Part shown: in pieces, positions 53,039-64,000 of the stretch | Position numbering within the stretch: position 1 is the stretch's first letter | How the letters are laid out: the number at the start of each line of letters is the position of its first letter | DNA from: Macrostomum hystrix | Taxonomy: Eukaryota > Animalia > Platyhelminthes | Assembly (NCBI GenBank): GCA_950097015.1 | Contig: CATNEN010000028.1 | Location: forward strand, 310,001 to 374,000 | Direction of reading: 5' to 3' | Length of the DNA stretch: 64,000 nt | The notes under the pieces: generated by a model | What the model saw: the letters and a program-made list of their open reading frames with translations, nothing else | The model's database searches: none | Told to the model about the DNA's origin: nothing | Translations under genes and position numbers: made by a program

Positions 53039-53699
53039 ATCACCGTTGTGGCTGCTGCTTTGCCACCGGCCCAACTGGACTGGTTGTCAGTTCTATCTAT
53101 CTATATGCGAATGATCAAGGTCAAGATTAGGATGATAAAATCAGGATCCTACTGGGGTCAAGCGTAGAGTTATGTCCTTACTCATCCCAGTATGCATTTC
53201 CTAGAAAACTATTGGCAGCTCTGATCCTCGCAGGCATTTCTCGCGTTAATTTTGAGGCTCCAGGAATACAACACGCCCAACTATATCTCGGCAGCTTCAC
53301 ATCCCCCTAGCTTAAGCTACCCCCCAATGGAATTATTAAAATTTTCTTCAAACAGCTTCTGCCCCTTCTCATCAGCTCTAGGCCAGTGAGAAGGGGGAGT
53401 TTGGCCTGGGCCTAATCCATCCGTGTCTTCACGCGGCCGCCAATTAAACAGAACAGGAGCTGATAACTATGCATTTGCAGGCTGGCGGCATATTGATAAA
53501 TTAGCTGGGCAAATAGGAACTCTAACACACCAGCAGAGAATTTGGTAGGAAAACTTGTCAGTCAGAATAACTGCTCAAACCAATAGCTCTGCTGAGCTGG
53601 CAAAAATAGCCCTTCGATCCATACGAGCAGCTGCCAGTGCTGCTCCTCCGCTGCCCATTCCAGCGAAACCTTCGTCTTCAATCTTCTCCGACTTTCTGT

Positions 53700-56600
53700 A
53701 TCTAGAATCTAGATTTAGCAGTCCATTTGTCGAATAACCGTGTCTAGATTCAGTAGTCCAGTTCTCAAATACTCGTGTCTAGATTCAGCAGTCCAGTTCT
53801 CAAATACCCGTGTCTAGATTTAGCAGTCCAGTTCTCAAATACCCGTGTCTAGATTTAGCAGTCCAGTTCTTAAATACCCGTGTCTAGATTCAGTAGTCCA
53901 GTTCTTAAATAACCGTGTCTAGATTTAGCAGTCCAGTTCTCAAATAACCGTGTCTAGATTTAGCAGTCCAGTTCTCAAATACCCGTGTCTAGATTTAGCA
54001 GTCCAGTTCTCAAATACCCGTGTCTAGATTTAGCAGTCCAGTTCTCAAATACCCGTGTCTAGATTCAGCAGTCCAGTTCTCAAATACCCGTGTCTAGATT
54101 TAGCAGTCCAGTTCTTAAATACCCGTGTCTAGATTCAGTAGTCCAGTTCTTAAATAACCGTGTCTAGATTTAGCAGTCCAGTTCTCAAATAACCGTGTCT
54201 AGATTTAGCAGTCCAGTTCTTAAATACCCGTGTCTAGATTTAGCAGTCCAGTTCTCAAATACCCGTGTCTAGATTTAGCAGTCCATTTGTCGAATAACCG
54301 TGTCTAGATTTAGCAGTCCAGTTCTCAAATACCCGTGTCTAGATTCAGCAGTCCAGTTCTCAAATACCCGTGTCTAGATTCAGCAGTCCAGTTCTTAAAT
54401 ACCCGTGTCTAGATTCAGTAGTCCAGTTCTTAAATAACCGTGTCTAGATTTAGCAGTCCAGTTCTCAAATAACCGTGTCTAGATTTAGCAGTCCAGTTCT
54501 TAAATACCCGTGTCTAGATTTAGCAGTCCAGTTCTCAAATACCCGTGTCTAGATTTAGCAGTCCAGTTCTCAAATACCCGTGTCTAGATTTAGCAGTCCA
54601 GTTCTTAAATACCCGTGTCTAGATTTAGCAGTCCAGTTCTCAAATACCCGTGTCTAGATTTAGCAGTCCAGTTCTTAAATACCCGTGTCTAGATTTAGCA
54701 GTCCAGTTCTTAAATACCCGTGTCTAGATTTAGCAGTCCAGTTCTCAAATACCCGTGTCTAGATTTAGCAGTCCAGTTCTTAAATACCCGTGTCTAGATT
54801 TAGCAGTCCAGTTCTCAAATACCCGTGTCTAGATTTAGCAGTCCAGTTCTCAAATACCCGTGTCTAGATTTAGCAGTCCAGTTCTTAAATACCCGTGTCT
54901 AGATTTAGCAGTCCAGTTCTTAAATAACCGTGTCTAGATTTAGCAGTCCAGTTCTTAAATAACCGTGTCTAGATTCAGTAGTCCAGTTCTTAAATAACAG
55001 TGTCTAGATTCAGTAGTCCAGTTCTTAAATAACCGTGTCTAGATTCAGTAGTCCAGTTCTTAAATACCCGTGTCTAGATTCAGTAGTCCAGTTCTTAAAT
55101 AACCGTGTCTAGATTCAGTAGTCCAGTTCTTAAATACCCGTGTCTAGATTTAGCAGTCCAGTTCTCAAATACCCGTGTCTAGATTCAGTAGTCCAGTTCT
55201 TAAATAACCGTGTCTAGATTTAGCAGTCCAGTTCTCAAATAACCGTGTCTAGATTTAGCAGTCCAGTTCTTAAATACCCGTGTCTAGATTTAGCAGTCCA
55301 GTTCTCAAATACCCGTGTCTAGATTTAGCAGTCCAGTTCTCAAATACCCGTGTCTAGATTTAGCAGTCCAGTTCTTAAATACCCGTGTCTAGATTTAGCA
55401 GTCCAGTTCTTAAATACCCGTGTCTAGATTTAGCAGTCCAGTTCTCAAATACCCGTGTCTAGATTTAGCAGTCCAGTTCTTAAATACCCGTGTCTAGATT
55501 TAGCAGTCCAGTTCTCAAATACCCGTGTCTAGATTTAGCAGTCCAGTTCTCAAATACCCGTGTCTAGATTTAGCAGTCCAGTTCTTAAATACCCGTGTCT
55601 AGATTTAGCAGTCCAGTTCTTAAATAACCGTGTCTAGATTTAGCAGTCCAGTTCTTAAATAACCGTGTCTAGATTCAGTAGTCCAGTTCTTAAATAACAG
55701 TGTCTAGATTCAGTAGTCCAGTTCTTAAATAACCGTGTCTAGATTCAGTAGTCCAGTTCTTAAATACCCGTGTCTAGATTCAGTAGTCCAGTTCTTAAAT
55801 AACCGTGTCTAGATTCAGTAGTCCAGTTCTTAAATACCCGTGTCTAGATTTAGCAGTCCAGTTCTCAAATACCCGTGTCTAGATTTAGCAGTCCAGTTCT
55901 CAAATACCCGTGTCTAGATTTAGCAGTCCAGTTCTCAAATACCCGTGTCTAGATTTAGCAGTCCATTTCTCAAATACCCGTGTCTAGATTTAGCAGTCCA
56001 GTTCTCAAATACCCGTGTCTAGATTCAGTAGTCCAGTTCTTAAATAACAGTGTCTAGATTCAGTAGTCCAGTTCTTAAATAACCGTGTCTAGATTCAGTA
56101 GTCCAGTTCTTAAATACCCGTGTCTAGATTCAGTAGTCCAGTTCTTAAATAACCGTGTCTAGATTCAGTAGTCCAGTTCTTAAATAACCGTGTCTAGATT
56201 CAGTAGTCCAGTTCTTAAATACCCGTGTCTAGATTCAGTAGTCCAGTTCTTAAATAACCGTGTCTAGATTTAGCAGTCCATTTCTCAAATACCCGTGTCT
56301 AGATTTAGCAGTCCAGTTCTCAAATACCCGTGTCTAGATTTAGCAGTCCATTTCTCAAATACCCGTGTCTAGATTTAGCAGTCCAGTTCTCAAATACCCG
56401 TGTCTAGATTTAGCAGTCCAGTTCTTAAATACCCGTGTCTAGATTTAGCAGTCCAGTTCTCAAATACCCGTGTCTAGATTTAGCAGTCCAGTTCTCAAAT
56501 ACCCGTGTCTAGATTTAGCAGTCCAGTTCTTAAATACCCGTGTCTAGATTTAGCAGTCCAGTTCTTAAATAACCGTGTCTAGATTTAGCAGTCCAGTTCT

Positions 56601-57735
56601 TAAATAACCGTGTCTAGATTCAGTAGTCCAGTTCTTAAATAACAGTGTCTAGATTCAGTAGTCCAGTTCTTAAATAACCGTGTCTAGATTCAGTAGTCCA
56701 GTTCTTAAATACCCGTGTCTAGATTCAGTAGTCCAGTTCTTAAATAACCGTGTCTAGATTCAGTAGTCCAGTTCTTAAATACCCGTGTCTAGATTTAGCA
56801 GTCCAGTTCTCAAATACCCGTGTCTAGATTTAGCAGTCCAGTTCTCAAATACCCGTGTCTAGATTTAGCAGTCCAGTTCTCAAATACCCGTGTCTAGATT
56901 TAGCAGTCCATTTCTCAAATACCCGTGTCTAGATTTAGCAGTCCAGTTCTCAAATACCCGTGTCTAGATTCAGTAGTCCAGTTCTTAAATAACAGTGTCT
57001 AGATTCAGTAGTCCAGTTCTTAAATAACCGTGTCTAGATTCAGTAGTCCAGTTCTTAAATACCCGTGTCTAGATTCAGTAGTCCAGTTCTTAAATAACCG
57101 TGTCTAGATTCAGTAGTCCAGTTCTTAAATAACCGTGTCTAGATTCAGTAGTCCAGTTCTTAAATACCCGTGTCTAGATTCAGTAGTCCAGTTCTTAAAT
57201 AACCGTGTCTAGATTTAGCAGTCCAGTTCTTAAATACCCGTGTCTAGATTCAGTAGTCCAGTTCTTAAATAACCGTGTCTAGATTTAGCAGTCCATTTCT
57301 CAAATACCCGTGTCTAGATTTAGCAGTCCAGTTCTCAAATACCCGTGTCTAGATTTAGCAGTCCATTTCTCAAATACCCGTGTCTAGATTTAGCAGTCCA
57401 TTTCTCAAATACCCGTGTCTAGATTTAGCAGTCCAGTTCTCAAATACCCGTGTCTAGATTTAGCAGTCCAGTTCTCAAATACCCGTGTCTAGATTTAGCA
57501 GTCCAGTTCTCAAATACCCGTGTCTAGATTTAGCAGTCCATTTCTCAAATACCCGTGTCTAGATTTAGCAGTCCATTTCTCAAATACCCGTGTCTAGATT
57601 TAGCAGTCCATTTCTCAAATACCCGTGTCTAGATTTAGCAGTCCATTTCTCAAATACCCGTGTCTAGATTTAGCAGTCCAGTTCTCAAATAGCCGTGTCT
57701 AGATTTAGCAGTCCAGCTCTCAAATACCCGTGTCT
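53700..57735. repeat. 35-nt satellite TCTAGATTTAGCAGTCCAGTTCTCAAATACCCGTG, about 115 copies
   Basis: Strict period of 35. Confidence 0.98.
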
Positions 57736-58444
57736 AAATTTATTAGTCTATTTATCAGTAGAAGCTTCAGAAAGCTAAAAACAAATTTACATTTTTGCAT
57801 CTCATTGTGTTGAAGTCTTTGATCTATGTGGCAAGTGAACTGTGAAGATTAAAATCAAAAGAAAATTTGCTTCAAGAAGCAGCTGACAGGCATTCACACC
57901 ATTTTGTTGACTACATTTGCGATGCTCAAGATGAAGCAGGTGAAAATTGTGAGGCATGGACTTGCCTGCACTCGAATCTCTATCACCAGAAGTGTTTAGC
58001 CCTGCCATGCAGCAAGCCACGAAAAAATCCCAATTAATTCCCAAAAACGGCCCCACCAAGAGGGCATTCCAATCTGTCCCTATTCTTTGATTTTTTGCCT
58101 TCTCAAAAGAAGTTTTTCTTCAGCAACCTTATCAAGAATTCCGGCACGCGGATTGTTTCGGGAGAACAATGAGCTGAACTGATGCATGGGATTAACACTG
58201 GCTGCCATCGAAAGCTTCCAAAAATGATTTTCTCCCTGCCACTTCACTTTTATTGAATGCCAAACTGGTTTGGTTGGGACTGACCACCAGTCAGGCCATT
58301 TTTCTGTTGTTTAACCAATTCAAAACTTTCGCACACCAGAGAGAGCGAAAGGCCACTTCACCTTCCTCACCTGCCAAGTACTCAAACTGCCGATTTTGAG
58401 CAAAAGAAGCCCGATATTGATTGATTTGATATGAGAATGTCTAC

Positions 58445-59095
58445 TTTCAGTTCCCAGGCTCTGATAATCTCAACGCTATCTTCTGAACTTGTCGATCATC
58501 TCAACTCTACTCTCTTCTCGACTTGTCGATAATCTCATACCTACTCCTTTCTGAACTTGTCGATAATCTCATACCTACTCCTTTCTGAACTTGTCGATAA
58601 TCTCATACCTACTCCTTTCTGAACTTGTCGATAATCTCATACCTACTCCTTTCTGAACTTGTCGATAATCTCATACCTACTCCTTTCTGAAATTGTCGAT
58701 AATCTCCCCCCTAATCTCTTTTCGACTTTTTGAAAATCTCAAATACCTACTCTCTTCTGAACTTGTCGATAATCTCACCTCTACTCTCTTCTCGAGTTTA
58801 CGATAATCTCACCTAATCTCTTCTAGAATTGTCGATAATCTCATCCCTAATCTCTACTTGAATTGTCGATAATCTCACCCTTAATCTCATCTGAACTTGT
58901 CGATAATCTCACCTCTACCCTCTTCTCGAGTTTAAGATGATCTCACCTAATCTCTACTCGACTTGTCGATAATCTCACCCCTAATCTCATCTGAACTTGT
59001 CGATAATCTCACCTCTAGCCTCTTCTCGAGTTTAAGATAATCTCATCCCTAATCTCTACTCGACTTGTCGATAATCTAACTCCTACTCTTTTTCG
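58445..59095. repeat. ~34-nt minisatellite TTCTGAACTTGTCGATAATCTCATACCTACTCCT
   Basis: Period 34 in the core, diverged at the edges. Confidence 0.9.
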
Positions 59096-60439
59096 ACCTG
59101 TCACTGTAATAAGAGCAAAATATAATATTCGATGATATTCTCACCTACTCTAACCAAATGTATTGACAGTTACAAGATTAACAAAAACGTCTTCTCGAAA
59201 ATTATATCGATCTCAACTTTACTTTCATACTCAGTCTTTGTTTAGAGTATTCAATTTTTAGGATATTTTATTACTAATTCCCAGCCAAATGTTAGTTTCC
59301 TTATGCCATTAGTGATTTGAGCACACATTATGAGAAACAAAGAACAGCGACTAATCCGCGGCGTTAATTAAGAACTCATAGGTCAGGTGGGCCAAGTTAA
59401 ACGTGAGGCGATGCCACAATGCCACACGACACGCGCCAACAGAACCAGATGGAACGAAGGTCCAAGTTTTCTCATCGCATTCATCCGGCTTTCCAAGAAC
59501 TCTGGGTCTGGCCATAGACAAAAATTCCAGCGATTTAATTAGGCTTGAAATTTATAAATAAAAATTTTCGACTAAAGCAGCAGCCCAGCGCCAAAAGATC
59601 TTTCTAAGATACTCGGACCAGACTCAAAGAAAATAAACTCAAAATAGACAAACAGAAAGAAGTGGCATCGCAACCCCGCCTTATTTCAGGTCTGTAGCGT
59701 GTGTTACAATTAGACTGCTGCTGCTGTTGCTACTGAAGAAGAAGTGAAGAAGCGCCAGCAAAAAAATAGGCAGGAGAAAAAATCTATCGCCACTCCCAGC
59801 AAACTTTCCCCGAACAGCAGCTCTACAGAAGAAGAGGAGAAACAAGAGCTCAAAGTTGAGTCGAAATCAGCGTGGGAACCTAGGGCCCGCGTAGCATAGC
59901 TATAGAGCCGGCAGCAGCAGCAGCAGCAGCAATGGAGAAAAGGGAAATGGAGAATGGAGAATGAAACAGAGGGAGAGTGGCGGGTGTCGGTGGGCGAGCG
60001 AAGAATTGGGGAAAATAGAGGATTTGTGATGGGGAAGAAATCAATGAAAATCTGGGGTGGGGGGCTATAGGAGGCCGCTCGCTCATTATCCCAACACGCT
60101 AATGGGAAAACTAAGAGAAATTAATGATTATCGATACTTCACGGAGACCTGCCCGCCGCTTTCCATTATTTAAGCTTTAGCGAGGGCGAAATTTGGTTTA
60201 GCCAACAGCAATTATTTCAGCCCGGCTGACCCAGTCCGGCGACTAGCAGCGAGTTATCATATACTCAATCGATTTTTTTGGAGCAAGGGCACCTTGTGCT
60301 CACCACCTGGATGACAGCGAGAGTTCGGCTTGAAAACAAAAAATCACAAACATATTTTCCTGTCCTCAATGTCGATCTCCAATTGAGGATCTTGCAGAGT
60401 GTTACCATTCGTTTTACTGTTTCTTCCATCATAAATGTA

Positions 60440-60730
60440 AATCCCAAATAGAAATTCCACAAGTAGATTCGACAGTTTGAAATCCCAGGAGCCTTCGATC
60501 CCAAATAGAAATCCCATTCTTGGATTCGACAGTTTGAAATCCCAGGAGCCTTCGATCCCAAATAAAAATCCCACAAGCAGATTTGAAAGTTTGAAATCCC
60601 GGGAAACTTTGATCCAAAATAGAAATCCCACAAGATTTGACAGTTTGAAATCCCAGGAAACTTCGATCCCAAATAGAAATCCCACAAGTGGATTCGACAG
60701 TTTGAAATCCCAGAAGCCTGCGATCCCAAA
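60440..60730. repeat. 57-nt tandem repeat, about 5 copies
   Basis: GA(C/A)AGTTTG at 60471, 60528, 60585, 60639, 60696. Confidence 0.9.
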
Positions 60731-61317
60731 TGATAGCGCCACCTTTCGTTTAAACAGTTTTAAATCTGTTTAAAACTTGGATCCTGCGATTACTAAATCC
60801 CAACAGGAAATTTCTCCCATATTCTACCATATCTACATAGGTTTCTGACGCAAGCAAGTGACGATACTTTGCGTGCTAATGAGACTACTTACACTGACGC
60901 AGTAGTAGCATAATTCGCATTTTGAAGCCTAAAGATAGCAAAAAATATTTTAAATAAGGGAGTATTATGTTAAAAACCATTGTGAAATTGATAGGAAAAA
61001 ATCGGTGCAAAAACAGGCCCACTGAAAATTTGTATTTATTTTGTTAAACCTGTTCAATTTTTGCCTGTTGTGTTTGCCAACTTGCTTGATTGGCAATGAA
61101 ACAATTACAAAATTACAAAACAACAGTTTTTAGGAGAATAATAAATAAAAGGAAATATGACCTATGTATGTTCACGCCACCAATTAGAATGCAACGAAGC
61201 AAGCAATGACACTGGGTTAGAAAAAAAGCAGATACAATGAAAAATGCAAGATAGAACTTAAAAAGTGAACGGAAATTGTGAAGCAGCAATGCAGAATAAT
61301 TGCAAATTAAAAACTAG

Positions 61318-62040
61318 ACTCGCACTGGAGAGTGACAATGGCATTAGACAGACACACTGGAGAGTGACAATGGCATTAGACAGACACACTGGAGAGTGAC
61401 AATGGCATTAGACAGACACACTGGAGAGTGACAATGGCATTAGACCAGGGGTGGGCAAACTTATTTGCTGGCGGGCCAAAGAGAGAGCCTAAAAGACGAC
61501 AGCGGGCCGCATTGACTGTATAAATATGAGATAGGGGAGAGATGAGACACAGGAAAGATGGGACACGAGAGAGATGAGACACGGGAGAGATAAGACAGGG
61601 AAGAGATTAGACACGGGAGAGATTAGACACGGGAGAGATTAGACAGGGAAGAGATTAGACACGGGAGAAATTAGACACGGGAGAGACTAGACACGGGAGA
61701 GATTATATACGAGAGCGATGAGACACGGGAGAGATTAGACACGGGAGAGATAAGACAGGGAAGAGATTAGATACGAGAGCGATGAGACACGGGAGATATT
61801 AGACACGGGAGAGATAAGACAGGGAAGAGATTAGATACGAGAGCGATGAGACACGGGAGATATTAGACACGAGAGAGTTGAAACAGGACATGTCAGATGT
61901 CAGAAGGGGCAACGGGCCGGATTTGGGAGCTTCGAGGGCCGCATCTGGCCCGCGGGCCGGAGTTTGCCCACCCCTGCATTAGACAGACACACTGGATAGT
62001 GACAATTGCATTAGACAGACACACTGGAGAGTGACAATGA
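61318..62040. repeat. 32-nt minisatellite CATTAGACAGACACACTGGAGAGTGACAATGG interrupted by the hAT MITE
   Basis: CATTAGAC at 61342, 61374, 61406, 61438; the array resumes at 61977. Confidence 0.92.
61446..61976. mobile_element. Non-autonomous hAT (Charlie-like) MITE, 531 bp
   Basis: Perfect 16-bp TIRs CAGGGGTGGGCAAACT / AGTTTGCCCACCCCTG; 8-bp TSD CATTAGAC at 61438-61445 and 61977-61984; subterminal GGCCCGCGGGCC palindrome; no ORF. Confidence 0.93.
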
Positions 62041-62824
62041 CAATATCATGACAAAAACGACAAAAACGAAGAGAAATGTTTGGAAACAGACCTGGTACAA
62101 TTTGTTTTGTTGCTAACAGCTAACAGACCTAAAATAGTTTAAAATTTCAATGATGAAGGCGTTGGTGATAAAAGCACAATAAGCGGTAAAGTAGAAAAAT
62201 TTAAAAAGATAATTAACGCAAGATTAAAATAGAGGCCATCAAATAAAAGTGGATCATAATTGAAATAGGAAAATTTGTGCCATTCAAGAAACCAATTAAC
62301 AATGTGCTAAAAGCAAATGACCGGCATACCTCTATACAGGTTGACAACTAGACAGAGACCATGATTAGAGCTATTAGGTTGTGTTGAGTGATGCTAATTT
62401 AGTGCAGTATGCGGCAAAGCAACTAAACTACTAGTTGGTAAAAGGCTGCTTTTAGAAGCGAAAATAGAAAATAAAGAAACAAAATAACAAAGAAAATAAC
62501 TTAACAGAGCAATTCAGAACAAATAACAAACACACAAGAGCAGCAGAGAATAACAAATTACATTCATAAAGTCATCCTGCATTGAAATTCCTGATAACAT
62601 TTTTATTTTATACTAGCTGTATAAGATATGACACTCCTTAATATTGACCATTCTCAAAGTACACGAATGGTTGGCGAGATTGTACTAGAGACGGGTCAGG
62701 GTTACGTACATACTGACGCATACCCTATGTCGGCGATTCTCTCGCGTAGAAAATAATCGACGACTTTACTGTCTAGGGCAAAAAAAATCTGCGATTCTCT
62801 CAGCTAAAAAATACGAGTAGAAGA

Positions 62825-63990
62825 AGTCAAGAAAATCGACGATTCTCACATGTAGAGAAAAACGACGATTCTCACGGGTAGAAAAATCGACGATTCTCAG
62901 ATGTAGAAAAATCGAAGATTTTCACAGGTACAAAAATCGACGATTCTCACATGTAGAAAAATCGACGATTCTGCCATGTAGAAAAATCGACGATTCTGCC
63001 ATGTAGAAAAATCGACGATTCTGCCATGTAGAAAAATCGACGATTCTGCCATGTAGAAAAATCGACGATTCTTACATGTAGAAAAATCGACGATTATCAC
63101 ATGTAGAAAAATCTACGATTCTCACATATAGAAAAATCGACGATTTTGACATGTAGAAAAATCGACGATTCTCACAGGTAGATAAATCGACGATTCTGAC
63201 ATGTAGAAAAATCGACGATTCTCACGGGTAGATAAATCGACGATTCTCACAGGTAGATAAATCGACGATTCTGACATGTAGAAAAATCGACGATTCTCAC
63301 GGGTAGATAAATCGACGATTCTCACAGGTAGATAAATCGACGATTCTGACATGTAGAAAAATCGACGATTCTCACGGGTAGATAAATCGACGATTCTCAC
63401 AAGTAGATAAATCGACGATTCTGACATGTAGAAAAATCGACGATTCTCACGGGTAGATAAATCGACGATTCTCACAGGTAGATAAATCGACGATTCTCAC
63501 AGGTACAAAAATCGACGATTCTCACATGTAGAAAAATCGACTTTTCTCACAGGTAGATAAATAGACGATTCTCATATGTAGAAAAATCGACGATTCACAC
63601 ATGTAGAAAAATCGACGATTCTCACATGTAGAAAAATCGACTTTTCTCACAGGTAGATAAATAGACGATTCTCATATGTAGAAAAATCGACGATTCCCAC
63701 ATGTAGAAAAATCGACGATTCTGACATGTAGAAAAATCGACGATTCTCACAGGTAGAAAAATCGACGATTTTGACATGTAGAAAAATAGACGATTCTCAC
63801 AGGTAGATAAATCGACGATTTTGACATGTAGAAAAATCGACGATTCTGACATGTAGAAAAATCGACGATTCTCACAGGTACAAAAATCGACGATTCTCAC
63901 ACGTAGAAAACGGTAAAAAATATAGTATTTTCTTAGTTATAAAAAGCGACGATTCTATAGGGTAGAAAATAATCGGCGACTCTCACAAGT
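62825..63990. repeat. 25-nt minisatellite AAAAATCGACGATTCTCACATGTAG with local 75-nt trimeric higher order
   Basis: Period 25; translated 25-aa repeat at 63122-63475. Confidence 0.95.
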
Positions 63991-64000
63991 AAAAAATCGG

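Noticed and set aside
53700-57735. CRISPR-like appearance of 30-41-nt repeats here and elsewhere
   Set aside because: Units are head to tail with no unique spacers, there are no cas genes, and the context is eukaryotic.
57850-58040. Open stretch with Cys/His residues (DYICD..CEAWTCLHSNLYHQKC)
   Set aside because: No start codon, no convincing splice context, and spacing does not fit a zinc-finger family I can name; a BLASTx would settle it.
31664-59740. Other CTGANGA matches (e.g. near 31665, 43873, 51294, 59733) as hammerheads
   Set aside because: None is followed by a stem II and GAAA..UH.
52300-60100. GC-rich (GCT/GCC)n and (CAG)n patches near 52.35 kb and 59.7-60.0 kb as exons or a promoter
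   Set aside because: No consistent reading frame or exon chain could be built; may be regulatory but unsupported from sequence alone.
9095-63990. Hexameric palindromes in many repeat units (CAGCTG, TGATCA, TCTAGA, ACATGT, TTGCAA, TAATTA, TCATGA)
   Set aside because: About one quarter to one third of random 20-35-mers contain one, so about 7 of 25-30 arrays is the chance expectation.

Overview
Eukaryotic, intron-containing animal DNA. The gene set, poly-Q/G/A-rich coding sequence and very high minisatellite load (about half the window by my tally) suggest a flatworm such as Macrostomum; this assignment is inference only. Four genes can be spliced by hand: a G-protein alpha-o subunit (+, first exon outside the window), a KChIP-type neuronal calcium sensor (-), a calexcitin/SCP-type EF-hand protein with an NCS-like MGxxxSK N-terminus and one GC-AG intron (+), and a two-exon Onecut CUT-homeodomain factor (+). 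Non-coding DNA holds about 30 distinct tandem arrays, two tRNA-derived SINE-like families, and a hAT-type MITE with an 8-bp TSD. The most notable signal is a tRNA-like Pol III element (44899->44706, minus strand) with a minimal type I hammerhead ribozyme between its A- and B-boxes; a second copy at 32980 begins next to the predicted self-cleavage site. No CRISPR, rRNA, intact tRNA or intact transposase was found. Long ORFs in the ORF track outside the four genes are repeat artefacts. All calls were made by eye, without database searches.
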